A stretch of DNA of 49,664 bases, taken from the NCBI GenBank assembly GCA_938046755.1, contig CALIXC010000260.1, positions 1 to 49,664 on the forward strand, written 5' to 3'. Both the position numbers and the translations under genes were made by a program. Within the stretch, counting starts at the first letter, position 1, and the number at the start of each line of letters is the position of its first letter. The stretch is from an uncultured Lautropia sp. (lineage in GTDB: Bacteria > Pseudomonadota > Gammaproteobacteria > Burkholderiales > Burkholderiaceae_E). Shown here in pieces: positions 18,974 to 28,595 of the stretch. Under the pieces are notes generated by a model. The model was not told the DNA's origin, ran no database searches, and saw only the letters and a program-made list of their open reading frames with translations.

Positions 18974-20758
18974 TTATGCCGTTGCGGCCTGTGCCTGGGT
19001 GGTCATGGGCTTCTTGAAGATGCCCAGACCCAGTGCGGTGACGACGGCACCGGCAGCGATAGCTGCGCAGTACATCGGCACGTTGCTGATGGCGCCGGGG
19101 ATCAGCATCACGAATACGCCACCGTGAGGGGCGGCCAGTTCGATGTGCATCAGGCCCACCAGGGCACCGGTGATGGCTGCCCCGATCATGCAGGCCGGGA
19201 TGACGCGCAGCGGGTCGCGGGCGACGAAGGGAATGGCGCCTTCGGTGATGAAGGCCAGACCCAGCACGGCGGCTGCCTTGGAGGCATCACGCTCTTCGTT
19301 GCTGAAGCGGTTGCGGAAGATCCAGCAGGCCACGGCGATGCCCAGCGGGGGCACCATGCCGGCTGCCATGACGGCGGCCATCGGGATCTTGATGTTGCTG
19401 GCCAGCAGCGTGGTGCCGAAGACATAGGCCGCCTTGTTGACCGGGCCGCCCAGGTCGAAGGCCATCATGGCCCCGAGGATGGCGCCGAGCAGCGCGATGT
19501 CCTGACCCTGCATGCCCTGCAGCCAGTGGGTCAGCCCTTCCATGGCGGCGACCATGGGCTTGCCGAGCACGCTCAGCATCAGCACGCCGATGATGCCGGT
19601 GGACAGCAGCGGCAGGATCAGCACGGGCTTGAGGCTTTCCAGGGTGCGCGGCAGCTTGATGGTCTTGGCCAGGAACTGCGTGAGGTAGCCGGCCAGAAAG
19701 CCGGCCAGGATGCCGCCGAGGAAGCCGGCGCCGATGGCCGAGGAGATCATGCCGCCCACCATGCCGGGCGCCAGACCCGGACGGTCGGCGATGGAGAACG
19801 AGATGTAGCCGGCCAGGATGGGCACCATCAGGGCGAAGGCGTACTTGGCGCCGACCTGGAACAGGTACCAGCCCAGCGTGCCTTCCAGCTTGGGATCGGA
19901 CGGAACGTCCAGACCGCCGATGGCAAAGGCCAGCGCGATGAGCAGACCGCCCGCGACCACGAAGGGCAGCATAAACGAGACGCCCGTCATCAGGTGCTTG
20001 TAGGGGCCACTGCGACCGCTGCTGCTGCCTGCCTTGGCCTCTTCCTTGGCGCCTGCGGCAGCGGCCTTGCCATCCCCCCAGGGGGTGGCTTCGGCCCAGG
20101 CCGTATCGAACACCTTGCCGGCGTCATGAATGGCGGCCTTGGTGCTGGTGCTGTAGAGCCGTTTGCCCAAGAAGCGGGACTTGTCGACCTGGGTGTCGGC
20201 GGCGATCACCACCAGGTCGGCGGCGGCGATCTCCTCGGGGGTGAGGGTGTTCTGCGCACCGACCGAGCCACGGGTCTCGACCTTAATCTTGTAGCCCGCG
20301 GTCTCGGCGCCTTCCTCCAGGGCCTCGGCGGCCATGAAGGTGTGGGCCACGCCGGTGGGGCACGAGGTGATGGCAACGACCTTCATGCCGGCCGGGGGCT
20401 TGCCCCCCGGGGTGGCGGCCTTGGCGGCAGGGGCAGCCTTGGCGGCTCCGCCACTGCCGGCCAGGGCCTGACCGAGCACGCCATCGGCGTCATCGAAGAC
20501 GGCCTGCGGGGTGCTCTCGAAGATGCGCAGTGCCTTGGGAAGGCTGGACAGTTCGACGGGGCCATCGGCCACGACGATGGCCACGTCGGCCTTGGCCAGC
20601 TCGTCGTCCGAGAAACTGCCCTGCTCACCCAGATGGCTGATGACCTTCAGGCCGAGCGTATGTCCGGCCCGGGCGGCGGCAGACTTCAGGGCCTCGCCGA
20701 CGATGAAGCTGTGGGCGGGCCCGGATTGGCTGGCGGAAATCGCCAAGATGCTTGCCAC
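18974..20758 (-). CDS. fruA: PTS fructose-specific EIIB'BC
   Basis: Inactive EIIB' (no Cys), active EIIB TSCPTGVAHTFMAAE, EIIC HLMTGVSFMLP, FDLGGPVNK, ITEGAIPF, PHGG. Confidence 0.95.
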   Translation of the reverse strand: MASILAISASQSGPAHSFIVGEALKSAAARAGHTLGLKVISHLGEQGSFSDDELAKADVAIVVADGPVELSSLPKALRIFESTPQAVFDDADGVLGQALAGSGGAAKAAPAAKAATPGGKPPAGMKVVAITSCPTGVAHTFMAAEALEEGAETAGYKIKVETRGSVGAQNTLTPEEIAAADLVVIAADTQVDKSRFLGKRLYSTSTKAAIHDAGKVFDTAWAEATPWGDGKAAAAGAKEEAKAGSSSGRSGPYKHLMTGVSFMLPFVVAGGLLIALAFAIGGLDVPSDPKLEGTLGWYLFQVGAKYAFALMVPILAGYISFSIADRPGLAPGMVGGMISSAIGAGFLGGILAGFLAGYLTQFLAKTIKLPRTLESLKPVLILPLLSTGIIGVLMLSVLGKPMVAAMEGLTHWLQGMQGQDIALLGAILGAMMAFDLGGPVNKAAYVFGTTLLASNIKIPMAAVMAAGMVPPLGIAVACWIFRNRFSNEERDASKAAAVLGLAFITEGAIPFVARDPLRVIPACMIGAAITGALVGLMHIELAAPHGGVFVMLIPGAISNVPMYCAAIAAGAVVTALGLGIFKKPMTTQAQAATA

Positions 20759-20791
20759 GGGGACTCTCCTCTAGGGGGTTCTTGGGGATGA

Positions 20792-21769
20792 TCAGCGCGG
20801 GGAGACGTTGATCTGCTTGACCAGTGCCTCGACCTGCTGCACCGGCGGAAGCCCGAACTCGATCTGCTGAATGCGGGCAGCGGCGCAGGCCATGCCGAAG
20901 ACGGCAGCATCGGGGAAGGGGCTGCCCTGCAGCAACCGGGCAATGGTGCCGGCCACCAGGGTATCGCCTGCGCCGACAGTGGTTGCGACCTGAACCTTGG
21001 GCGGGGTGGCCAGCCAGCGGCCCTCGGGGCCGATGATCAGCGCGCCTTCGGCACCCATCGAGACAACCACGCGCTGCACGCCACCGGCACGCAGTTCTTC
21101 AGCGGCCTTGATCACTTCGTTGTGGTCGTGCTTGAGCGGGCGGCCGACCAGCTCTTCCAGTTCGGGCCGGTTGGGCTTGATCATGACCGGTCCGATGGTG
21201 GAGGACACCTCCTTGGGCCAGCGCTTGAGGATCTGGCCCAGCTGGGAGCCGGCCACGTCGATGACGATGTTGACGCCCTTGTTCACCAGCATCTTGGCCA
21301 GACGCAGCCAGATGTCGACGGTGATGCCGGGCGGCAGGCTGCCGCCGAACTCGCACCAGTCGCCGGGCCGGACCAAGGCTTCGATGCGCTCGGCCAGGAT
21401 CAGCTCGTCCTTGGCCTGCTCGCCGGCGTCCAGCTTGATGCCGGGCAGGTTCACGTCGGTGGATTCACCGGCCTCGTTGTCGACGATCTTCACGTTCGTC
21501 CGGGTATTGCCGGGTAGTCGCACCATGGCATCCTTGATGCCGTTGCGCTCGAAGGCCTGGACGAACAGGCTGTCGTTGTCGGCGCCAAGCCAGCCGGTGG
21601 CGGTGGTGCGCACACCCAGCGAGGCCAAGATGATGGAGACGCCGATGCCCTTGCCGCCTGGCGTGCTGCTGTGGCCGGTGGCGCGATGCACTTCGCCCGG
21701 GATCAGTTTCTGGACGGGAATGGTCTGATCGATGGCCGGGTTCAGAGTGATGGTCAGGACTTGGGTCAT
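20792..21769 (-). CDS. fruK: 1-phosphofructokinase
   Basis: TLNPAID, GGKG, TRTNVKI, GSLPPG, KPNRPEL, TVGAGD; lies between fruB and fruA. Confidence 0.92.
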   Translation of the reverse strand: MTQVLTITLNPAIDQTIPVQKLIPGEVHRATGHSSTPGGKGIGVSIILASLGVRTTATGWLGADNDSLFVQAFERNGIKDAMVRLPGNTRTNVKIVDNEAGESTDVNLPGIKLDAGEQAKDELILAERIEALVRPGDWCEFGGSLPPGITVDIWLRLAKMLVNKGVNIVIDVAGSQLGQILKRWPKEVSSTIGPVMIKPNRPELEELVGRPLKHDHNEVIKAAEELRAGGVQRVVVSMGAEGALIIGPEGRWLATPPKVQVATTVGAGDTLVAGTIARLLQGSPFPDAAVFGMACAAARIQQIEFGLPPVQQVEALVKQINVSPR

Positions 21770-24351
21770 GCTGCATCTCCTGCAGTTGGGGAAGAAGCTG
21801 ATTTGAGGGCGGCGCCCAGCGCGCGGACTTCCTGGACGGTCTCGACCTCCAGGGCCTTGCGGGCCAGCGCCTGCAGATCGCTGAGCGACTGGCGACGTAG
21901 CAGGGCCTTGATGGTGCCCAGGTCGCTGGCGCTCATGCTCAGTTCATCGACACCCAGGCCGACCAGCAGCGCGGCGCCCAGCGGGTCGCCGGCCAGGCCG
22001 CCGCAGACGCCCACGTGGCGCTTGTACGGGCGGGCACCGGCCACGGTCTGGGCGATCAGGCGCAGCACGGCGGGGTGCAGCGCGTCGGCCAGGCTCGCCA
22101 ATTCGGGGTGCTGGCGGTCGATGGCCAGCGCGTACTGGGTCAGGTCATTGGTGCCGATCGAGAAGAAGTCGACGTACTTGGCGAACTGGTCGGCCATGAC
22201 GGCCGCGGACGGCACCTCGATCATGATGCCCAGTGGCACGTTCGGGGCATCCAGTTCGGCGCGGATGGTCTCCAGCCGCTCGCGCAGCAGCTGCACTTCC
22301 TCGATGCTGCTGATCATGGGGAACATGATCGACAGCGGGCCGTGCTTGGCGGCGCGGTACAGGGCACGCATCTGGGGCACCAGCAGTTCCTCGCGGCGCA
22401 GCTGCAGGCGGGCGCCACGCACGCCCAGGAAGGGGTTGTCCTCGTGCGGCAGTGCCAGGTGCGGCACCTGCTTGTCACCACCAATGTCGAGCGTGCGCAC
22501 GATCAGCGGCCGGCCGGCCAGCACGTTCACCATTGAATGGTAGACCTCGTACTGCTCGTCCTCGTCCGGCACGTGGTCACGCTCCAGGAAGAGGAACTCG
22601 GTCCGCATCAGGCCCACGCCCTCGGCGCCCGATTCCAGCGCGCGGCGCGCCTGGTCAGCCCGGTTGGCGTTGGCGCCGATCTCGACGCGGTGACCGTCGG
22701 TGGTGGTGGCCGGCTGCGTCCGGGTCTTGGTTTCCTCGGCCTGCAACTGGGTCAGGCGTTCGATGCGCTGCTGGGCCTCGGCCAGGGCGGCTTCGGTGGG
22801 GGCCACATACAGTTTGCCCCGGTAGCCGTCCAGGATGGCCTTGGTGCTGCCCTGGGACAGGGTCGGCGCCAGGACGCCGGGGCCGGCAGCCACGACAGCA
22901 GGCATGCCCAGCGCGCGGGCCAGGATGGCGGTGTGAGCGGTGGGGCCCCCCTTGGCGGTGCAGAAGCCTTTCACGCGGGTGGTGTCGATCTGGGCGGTGA
23001 CCGACGGCGCCAGGTCATCGGCCAGCAGGATGGCGTCATCGGGCCAGCCCTGGGAGAGGTTGGCGCCCTCGTTGCCCTTGCCCAGCAGGTGGCGCAGCAC
23101 GCGCAGGCCCACGTCCTCTAGGTCGGCCGAACGGGCGGCCAGGGTGGCGTCCTGCAGCTTGCGCTGGGCTTCGATGCGGTTGGTCAGGCAGTGCTTCCAG
23201 GCCCAGGCGGCGCCGTGACCGTCGACGATGCAGCGGGTGACGTCACCCAGCCAGCTCGGGTCGCGCAGCAGCTCCAGGTGGGCCTTGAAGATGTTGGCCT
23301 GTTCGGCCTGGCCCTGGCGCTCGGCGTTGGAGATGAGCGTGGCCAGCTGGCGCTGGGCATTGGCCAGGGCATGGTCCAGGTCGGCAGCCGCCTTGGCTAC
23401 GCCTTCGGCGTTGTCTTCGACTTCCAGTTCCTGCGATTCGGCCAGCACCAGGGTGCCGATGACCAGGCCGGGGGCGGCCGCGATGCCGCTGAAGGTGTTG
23501 CGGGCCTCGGGTTCCCAGTTGCCCAGCTCGCGGCCCAGGCCTTGGGCCTGCGCCTGCTTGTCGGCGGCCAGACGGGCCTGACGGGTCTCTTCGTCACCCA
23601 GCAGCTTGATGGTGCCCAGCAGGGCGCTGATGGCGTCCTGGGCGTCGTCACCCTGGGCCGAGATGCGCAGGCGCGCGTTGTTGCCGGCACCCAGGCTCAG
23701 CAGCGAAGCCACGCTGCGGGCATCGGCCACGATGTCGCCGCAGCGCACGCGCACCTGCGACTTGAAGCGGCGGATGCTCTCGACCCACTGGCCGGCCGGG
23801 CGGGCGTGCAGGCCGTTGGGGTAGCCCAGGGTGATTTCCTTGCCGACGGGGAAGTCGGTCATGGCCGGGGTGCTGGGAGAAGCGGCCGGGGCCTCGCCGG
23901 TCAGCGCCTGGACGAGTTCGGCGGCATTCATGGTGGTGAAGAGCTTCTTCAGCCGGGCGTCGTCACGCATCAGGCGGGTGAGGCGACGCAGCACCTTGAT
24001 GTGCTCGTCGGAGGCGGCCGCGATGCCCACGACCAGGTTGACGATCTGGGGCTTGCCTTCGGCGTCCTTGCCCCACATGACGCCGTTGGGCACCTGCAGC
24101 ACGGCCAGGCCGGTGCGCTTGACGAGGTGCTTGTCGTCGATCATGCCGTGTGGAATGGCGACGCCCTGTCCCAGGAAGGTGGTGGCGGTCTGCTCACGCT
24201 TGAGCAGGCTGTCGGTGAAGCCGTCAGCGGCAAAGCCGGCCTGGATCAGCAGACTGCCTGCAGCCCGCACGGCGTCGTCACGGTTCTGGGGCGCAGCCGC
24301 CAGCTGGACTTCGACAGGGGTGTTTTCCGGGGATTGCGTAGTCGTGTTCAT
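21766..24351 (-). CDS. fruB: Multiphosphoryl transfer protein EIIA(Fru)-HPr-EI
   Basis: GVAIPHG (EIIA), GLHARPA (HPr), TAHTAILAR, GVGLMRTEF, RTLDIGGDK, SIGTNDL, GVCGG (EI). ATG 24351 preferred. Confidence 0.93.
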   Translation of the reverse strand: MNTTTQSPENTPVEVQLAAAPQNRDDAVRAAGSLLIQAGFAADGFTDSLLKREQTATTFLGQGVAIPHGMIDDKHLVKRTGLAVLQVPNGVMWGKDAEGKPQIVNLVVGIAAASDEHIKVLRRLTRLMRDDARLKKLFTTMNAAELVQALTGEAPAASPSTPAMTDFPVGKEITLGYPNGLHARPAGQWVESIRRFKSQVRVRCGDIVADARSVASLLSLGAGNNARLRISAQGDDAQDAISALLGTIKLLGDEETRQARLAADKQAQAQGLGRELGNWEPEARNTFSGIAAAPGLVIGTLVLAESQELEVEDNAEGVAKAAADLDHALANAQRQLATLISNAERQGQAEQANIFKAHLELLRDPSWLGDVTRCIVDGHGAAWAWKHCLTNRIEAQRKLQDATLAARSADLEDVGLRVLRHLLGKGNEGANLSQGWPDDAILLADDLAPSVTAQIDTTRVKGFCTAKGGPTAHTAILARALGMPAVVAAGPGVLAPTLSQGSTKAILDGYRGKLYVAPTEAALAEAQQRIERLTQLQAEETKTRTQPATTTDGHRVEIGANANRADQARRALESGAEGVGLMRTEFLFLERDHVPDEDEQYEVYHSMVNVLAGRPLIVRTLDIGGDKQVPHLALPHEDNPFLGVRGARLQLRREELLVPQMRALYRAAKHGPLSIMFPMISSIEEVQLLRERLETIRAELDAPNVPLGIMIEVPSAAVMADQFAKYVDFFSIGTNDLTQYALAIDRQHPELASLADALHPAVLRLIAQTVAGARPYKRHVGVCGGLAGDPLGAALLVGLGVDELSMSASDLGTIKALLRRQSLSDLQALARKALEVETVQEVRALGAALKSASSPTAGDAA

Positions 24352-24511
24352 GAAGGTTCTTCCAGCCTGAGAAGGGTCCAGCCGGTCCGAACGACCCGGC
24401 AGCGATGTCGGTGTGGTCAGCGATACTGTCCTCGCCACGCTCCTGTCATGTCCGGCCAGCACCGCGAACGGGGGCCGGGCAACAGGGGCTGCCTGTGGTC
24501 TGGGCAGGATT

Positions 24512-24937
24512 TCATTTGATCAGGGTGACCGGGATGTCCACCAGGTGCAGCACACCGGTGGCCACGGAACCGAGCAGCAGGCCGCTGACACGATTCAGAC
24601 CCCGGGTGCCCATCACGATCTGGTCGAATTCTTCCTTCTTGGCGTGGTCGGCGATGACCATGGGGGCATGGCCCCGCTCGAAGGAGGATTCGTAGGGGAT
24701 GTTCGCCTCGGTGAGCAGGCGCTGGGCGGGCGCCAGCTGTTCCTGAGCCTGTTCCGCCATGAAGGCGTCGAGGTCGGTCTTGGTGAAGTAGGCTCGGGCG
24801 TGGCCGGAGAGGATTTCCGGCTGCACGTTGAGGAGCGAGACCTGGTGGTTGACACCGGCACGAATCTGTTCGATGACCCATTGCACCGCACGCAATGCGG
24901 TCTCGGAACCGTCGATCGGGATGAGTATTCTGGCCAT
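24512..24937 (-). CDS. Universal stress protein
   Basis: ILIPIDGSE, IVMGTRG...LLLGSVA..VL....PV. ATG 24937. Confidence 0.92.
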   Translation of the reverse strand: MARILIPIDGSETALRAVQWVIEQIRAGVNHQVSLLNVQPEILSGHARAYFTKTDLDAFMAEQAQEQLAPAQRLLTEANIPYESSFERGHAPMVIADHAKKEEFDQIVMGTRGLNRVSGLLLGSVATGVLHLVDIPVTLIK

Positions 24938-25365
24938 GGTTGGTCGCCTCTTGTTGGATTGGGCTGCACACATGTCCCCCGGGCCCCAGCGGGGACCGTG
25001 ACACGGATGTTAACCATCTTGAACTCCGATGTTACTCGTTTGGTGCCGCCTGCGGGACAGGGGTGGAGAATGGGGTGTGGGTAAGTGGCAATGCTGCGGT
25101 GCGGGGTGCGCGTTGGTTAGAATGCCCGTTTTTGCGCCGAGCGCGGCCATGGGGCCAATGCTGGTGCGCCCGGGTGGGTGAAGGTGCGGCTGATATAGCC
25201 GCCGGGCGATGGATTCCGGGAGTTACTGATGAGGCTTGCCGACAAATGACCCGGCAGATTGCATGGCTTCTTAGGCCACCGCCGGTGACTGAGCCGGCGA
25301 GTGCGTTACCTGAACATGGGCTGCTGGAGTGTGTCTTGGCCGGGCGCGTACCGCTGCGGGACGTG

Positions 25366-26241
25366 ATGCCAGAGCGGGGGGCACCCGAACCCGAGGCCGT
25401 GCCGGTACGGGAACCTGTTCCTGTACAGGAGATCAGGCCTGTGCAGAAGAACAACCCGGTGCCCAGAAGCGCACCCGTGGCGGAGCACGCCTTAGGACGC
25501 CTTCCCCGGGCCCGGCGGGGTGCCGGGCCGCATCTGCTGCCGTCGCCCGAGGCCGTGCGGGCGCTGCCTTCCTTCGAGCGGCTGCCCGACGAGGCCATTG
25601 TGATGGTGGGGCCGGAGCTGGCGCAGCAGGCTGCCGACGAGATCGGAGCGCTTTCGGTGGTGGGCTTCGATACCGAGTCGAAACCGGTGTTCGTGCGGGG
25701 GCAGGCACAGGATGGCCCGCATCTGGTGCAGTTTGCCTCGGCAGAGCGCGCGTGGCTGTTCCCGCTGCAGGATCCGGCCTGTGCCCAGGCGGTAGTCGGA
25801 CTGCTGGCGCAGCCTGCGCTACTGAAGGTGGGTTTCGGCCTGGCGGGTGATCGGGCCCAGCTGCTGGCGCGCTTTGGCGTGGCTCCGCAGGGGCTGGTGG
25901 ATCTGGACCAGACCTATCGGGCGCTGGGCTATCGGGCCTCGCTGGGCATCCGCATGGCCATGGCCGTCACCTTCGGGCGGTATTTCGAGAAATCCAAGTC
26001 CATCGGCACATCGGACTGGTCGCGGCAGCCGCTTTCGGTCGCCCAGTGCCGCTATGCTGCCCACGACGCCTGGGGCGCCCTCCGGATCTACGAGGCTCTG
26101 TGCGCGCAGGGCATCGATGTGGTGCCGCCGCCTGTCGTGGCCAAGGGTGGGGCGCTCAGACGCCCCAGGTCACGTCCACGTCCGCAGCCTTCGCTTCTCG
26201 CATCAGCTCGATCAGCGGATAGACGCGCTGACGCAGGCTGA
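25366..26241 (+). CDS. 3'-5' exonuclease (DEDDy, WRN/RNase D-like); start uncertain
   Basis: GFDTES (ExoI), LVDL, SDWS..PLS..Q..YAAHDA (ExoIII). ORF is open from 24940. Confidence 0.8.
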   Translation: MPERGAPEPEAVPVREPVPVQEIRPVQKNNPVPRSAPVAEHALGRLPRARRGAGPHLLPSPEAVRALPSFERLPDEAIVMVGPELAQQAADEIGALSVVGFDTESKPVFVRGQAQDGPHLVQFASAERAWLFPLQDPACAQAVVGLLAQPALLKVGFGLAGDRAQLLARFGVAPQGLVDLDQTYRALGYRASLGIRMAMAVTFGRYFEKSKSIGTSDWSRQPLSVAQCRYAAHDAWGALRIYEALCAQGIDVVPPPVVAKGGALRRPRSRPRPQPSLLASARSADRRADAG

Positions 26242-26479
26242 CGAAGCGCTCACGGGCGTCTTCCCGGAGGTTCTCGTCATCGGCCTCCTGCGGCTGGTCG
26301 GCGGGCGTCTGCTCGCGTTCGGCCGCCTGTTCCAGGGCGGCGATGGCTGCCGGGATCTGGGCTACGGTGATGATGCCGGTGGCGTCCGGACTCTTGCCGA
26401 TGATTTCCAGCACCTGTTCGGCAGCCTTGCCGACCATGGTGACACTGCCGGTGGCGCGGCTGCGGAATTCGTACAGCAT
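26156..26479 (-). CDS. DUF1840-domain protein
   Basis: MLYEFRSRA.G.V.M, IIGK...GII, VSLRQR..PLIELM, V.WGV terminus; AGGAGA RBS. Confidence 0.82.
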   Translation of the reverse strand: MLYEFRSRATGSVTMVGKAAEQVLEIIGKSPDATGIITVAQIPAAIAALEQAAEREQTPADQPQEADDENLREDARERFVSLRQRVYPLIELMREAKAADVDVTWGV

Positions 26480-26549
26480 GTCGTCTCTCCTCTTGGGATG
26501 CACCGCCGCCGACGCCGGGAAGGCCGTCGGGCGAGCGGGGGTGCGTCGA

Positions 26550-28091
26550 TTATGCCGGGTTTGCCTCGGGACTGGCCAAATGGTCCAGTGGTCGGCGCAG
26601 GGCCATGGCCTCAGCCAGATGGGCGGGGGTGACGGTGGTGCTGTCGGCCAGGTCGGCTACGGTGCGCGCCACCCGCATTACGCGGTGCTGGCTGCGCCAT
26701 GACCAGCCGAAACGGTCGGCGGCCTGGGTCAGCAGCGCGCGGGCGTCGGGTTGCAGTGCCAGGCAGTCCTCGAAGCGCCCGACGGGCAGGTAGGCATTGG
26801 TGCAGGCCTGTCGGGTCAGCTGCCGTTGGCGGGCGGACTGCACGCGCCGGGCCACGGTGGTGCTGTCTTCCGGGGCCGGGGCTTTGTCGGGCACGTTCCT
26901 GGCCGGTTCGCGCATCATCTCGATGCCCAGGTCGAAGCGCTCCAGCAGGGGGCCGGAGAGTCGGGCCTGGTAGCGGCGGATCTGCGCGGGCGTGCAGCGG
27001 CAGGCCCGTGCCGGATCGCCCAGATTGCCGCAGGGGCAGGGATTCATGGTGGCCACCAGCAGGAAGCGCGCCGGGAAGGTCTCGCTGTAGGGGCCGCGGC
27101 TGAGCGTGATGCGCCCGGTTTCCAGTGGCTCGCGCAGCGATTCGATGACAGTGCGCCGGAATTCGGTCAGCTCATCCATCATCAGCACGCCATGGTGGGC
27201 CAGGCTGATGTTGCCGGGCCGCGGCGGCTGACCGCCGCCGAGCAACCCTGCGGGGCTGGTGCTGGCATGGCAGGATAGAAAGGGCGCGCGCCGCGAACGC
27301 GTGGCCGGCTGGCCGCTGGCCGAGCGGATGGCGGCGATCTCCAGCGCCTCGGTTGACGTGAGTGGCGGCAGGATGCCGGGCAGGCGCTGGGCCAGCATGC
27401 TCTTGCCGGTGCCAGGCGACCCACACAGCAGCAGCGGGTGCAGGCCGGCTGCCGAGATTTCCAGCGCCCGACGGGCCAGCGGCTGGCCGCGCACATCGGC
27501 CAGATCAGGCGGTGCCTCGATGTCGGGCTCGTCCGGAACGGAATCGTTGTCCGTGGGGTGCGACAGCAGCGTCTGGCCGCGCAGGTGGGCGATGACCGCC
27601 GCCAGGTTGGGGGCGCCATGCAGGGTCTGCAGGCCACTCTGTCGTGCCTCGGCCAGGTTGTCGCGGGGCAGGATGAGCGTGCGGCCTGGGGCGTCGGCTT
27701 TCACACCGGCCGCGACGGCCAGTGCGGCGCGGATCGGTCGCAGTTCGCCCGACAGGGACAGTTCGCCCACCAGTTCCAGGTCCTGCAGCGCCTGGAGGGG
27801 TACCAGGCCCGCTGCAGCGGCGATGCCGATGGCGATAGGCAGGTCGAAGCGGCCGGATTCCTTGGGCAGGTCGGCCGGAGCCAGGTTGACGGTGATGCGG
27901 CGGTTGGGAAACTCCAGTCCGCTCTGCAGCAGGGCGGCTCGCACCCGTTCGCGGCTTTCGCGTACCGATGTCTCAGGCAGGCCCACGATGCTGAAGGCGG
28001 GCAGGCCGTTGGCCAGATGCACCTCGACGGAAACCGGAGGTGCCGACAGGCCCAGCAGGGCCCGCGAATGGACCACTGCCAGGGTGTTCAT
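26550..28091 (-). CDS. comM: ComM/YifB Mg-chelatase-like AAA+ ATPase
   Basis: VEVHLANGLP, ITVNLAPADLPKE, GSPGTGKS Walker A, MNPCPCG, RLSGPLLERFD. Confidence 0.92.
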   Translation of the reverse strand: MNTLAVVHSRALLGLSAPPVSVEVHLANGLPAFSIVGLPETSVRESRERVRAALLQSGLEFPNRRITVNLAPADLPKESGRFDLPIAIGIAAAAGLVPLQALQDLELVGELSLSGELRPIRAALAVAAGVKADAPGRTLILPRDNLAEARQSGLQTLHGAPNLAAVIAHLRGQTLLSHPTDNDSVPDEPDIEAPPDLADVRGQPLARRALEISAAGLHPLLLCGSPGTGKSMLAQRLPGILPPLTSTEALEIAAIRSASGQPATRSRRAPFLSCHASTSPAGLLGGGQPPRPGNISLAHHGVLMMDELTEFRRTVIESLREPLETGRITLSRGPYSETFPARFLLVATMNPCPCGNLGDPARACRCTPAQIRRYQARLSGPLLERFDLGIEMMREPARNVPDKAPAPEDSTTVARRVQSARQRQLTRQACTNAYLPVGRFEDCLALQPDARALLTQAADRFGWSWRSQHRVMRVARTVADLADSTTVTPAHLAEAMALRRPLDHLASPEANPA

Positions 28092-28345
28092 CAGGCATTC
28101 GGCTGGCCGCCGTCCCGTTTGTCGGCCTGCTGGGCCAGGCGGGCTTCCAGGGCATCCACCCGGGCCTGCAGCGACTGCAGCAGGGCGGCCTGGATATCGA
28201 ATTCCTCGCGGCTGACCAGTTCCAGCTTGTTGAAGGTCTGGCCCATCAGCGCCTTGATGTTGCGCTCGATGTCGGCGGCGGGGCTGGCCTTGATCAGGTC
28301 CATGACCTTCTGCTGAAAGTCCTGGAAGAAAGCCTGTTTTTCCAT
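28091..28345 (-). CDS. ubiK: Accessory factor UbiK (YqiC/BMFP)
   Basis: LELVSREEFDIQ coiled coil; usual position upstream of comM. Confidence 0.88.
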   Translation of the reverse strand: MEKQAFFQDFQQKVMDLIKASPAADIERNIKALMGQTFNKLELVSREEFDIQAALLQSLQARVDALEARLAQQADKRDGGQPNA

Positions 28346-28595
28346 GAGATGGGAACTCCTATCGGTAGGAAAGAATGTGAGGAGGGTTCAAGGCCTCCGA
28401 TGGTACGCAATCCGCGTCCGATCATCACGATTCCTGTCCGAAAGGCTTAGACTGGAAGCGGGAATCAAGAATTCATGATGCAGAATTCATTCAAGGATGG
28501 GTGGGCAGGCGGGGCAGGATGCCAAAACGGCGGACACGCTCTAGAATGGGCCGATTGACCGGCATCCGGCCGGCCTGTCCCTTTTCGGGTGGCGC

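Noticed and set aside
20560..20758. Missing catalytic Cys in the first EIIB domain of FruA
   Set aside because: Known property of the duplicated EIIB' domain.
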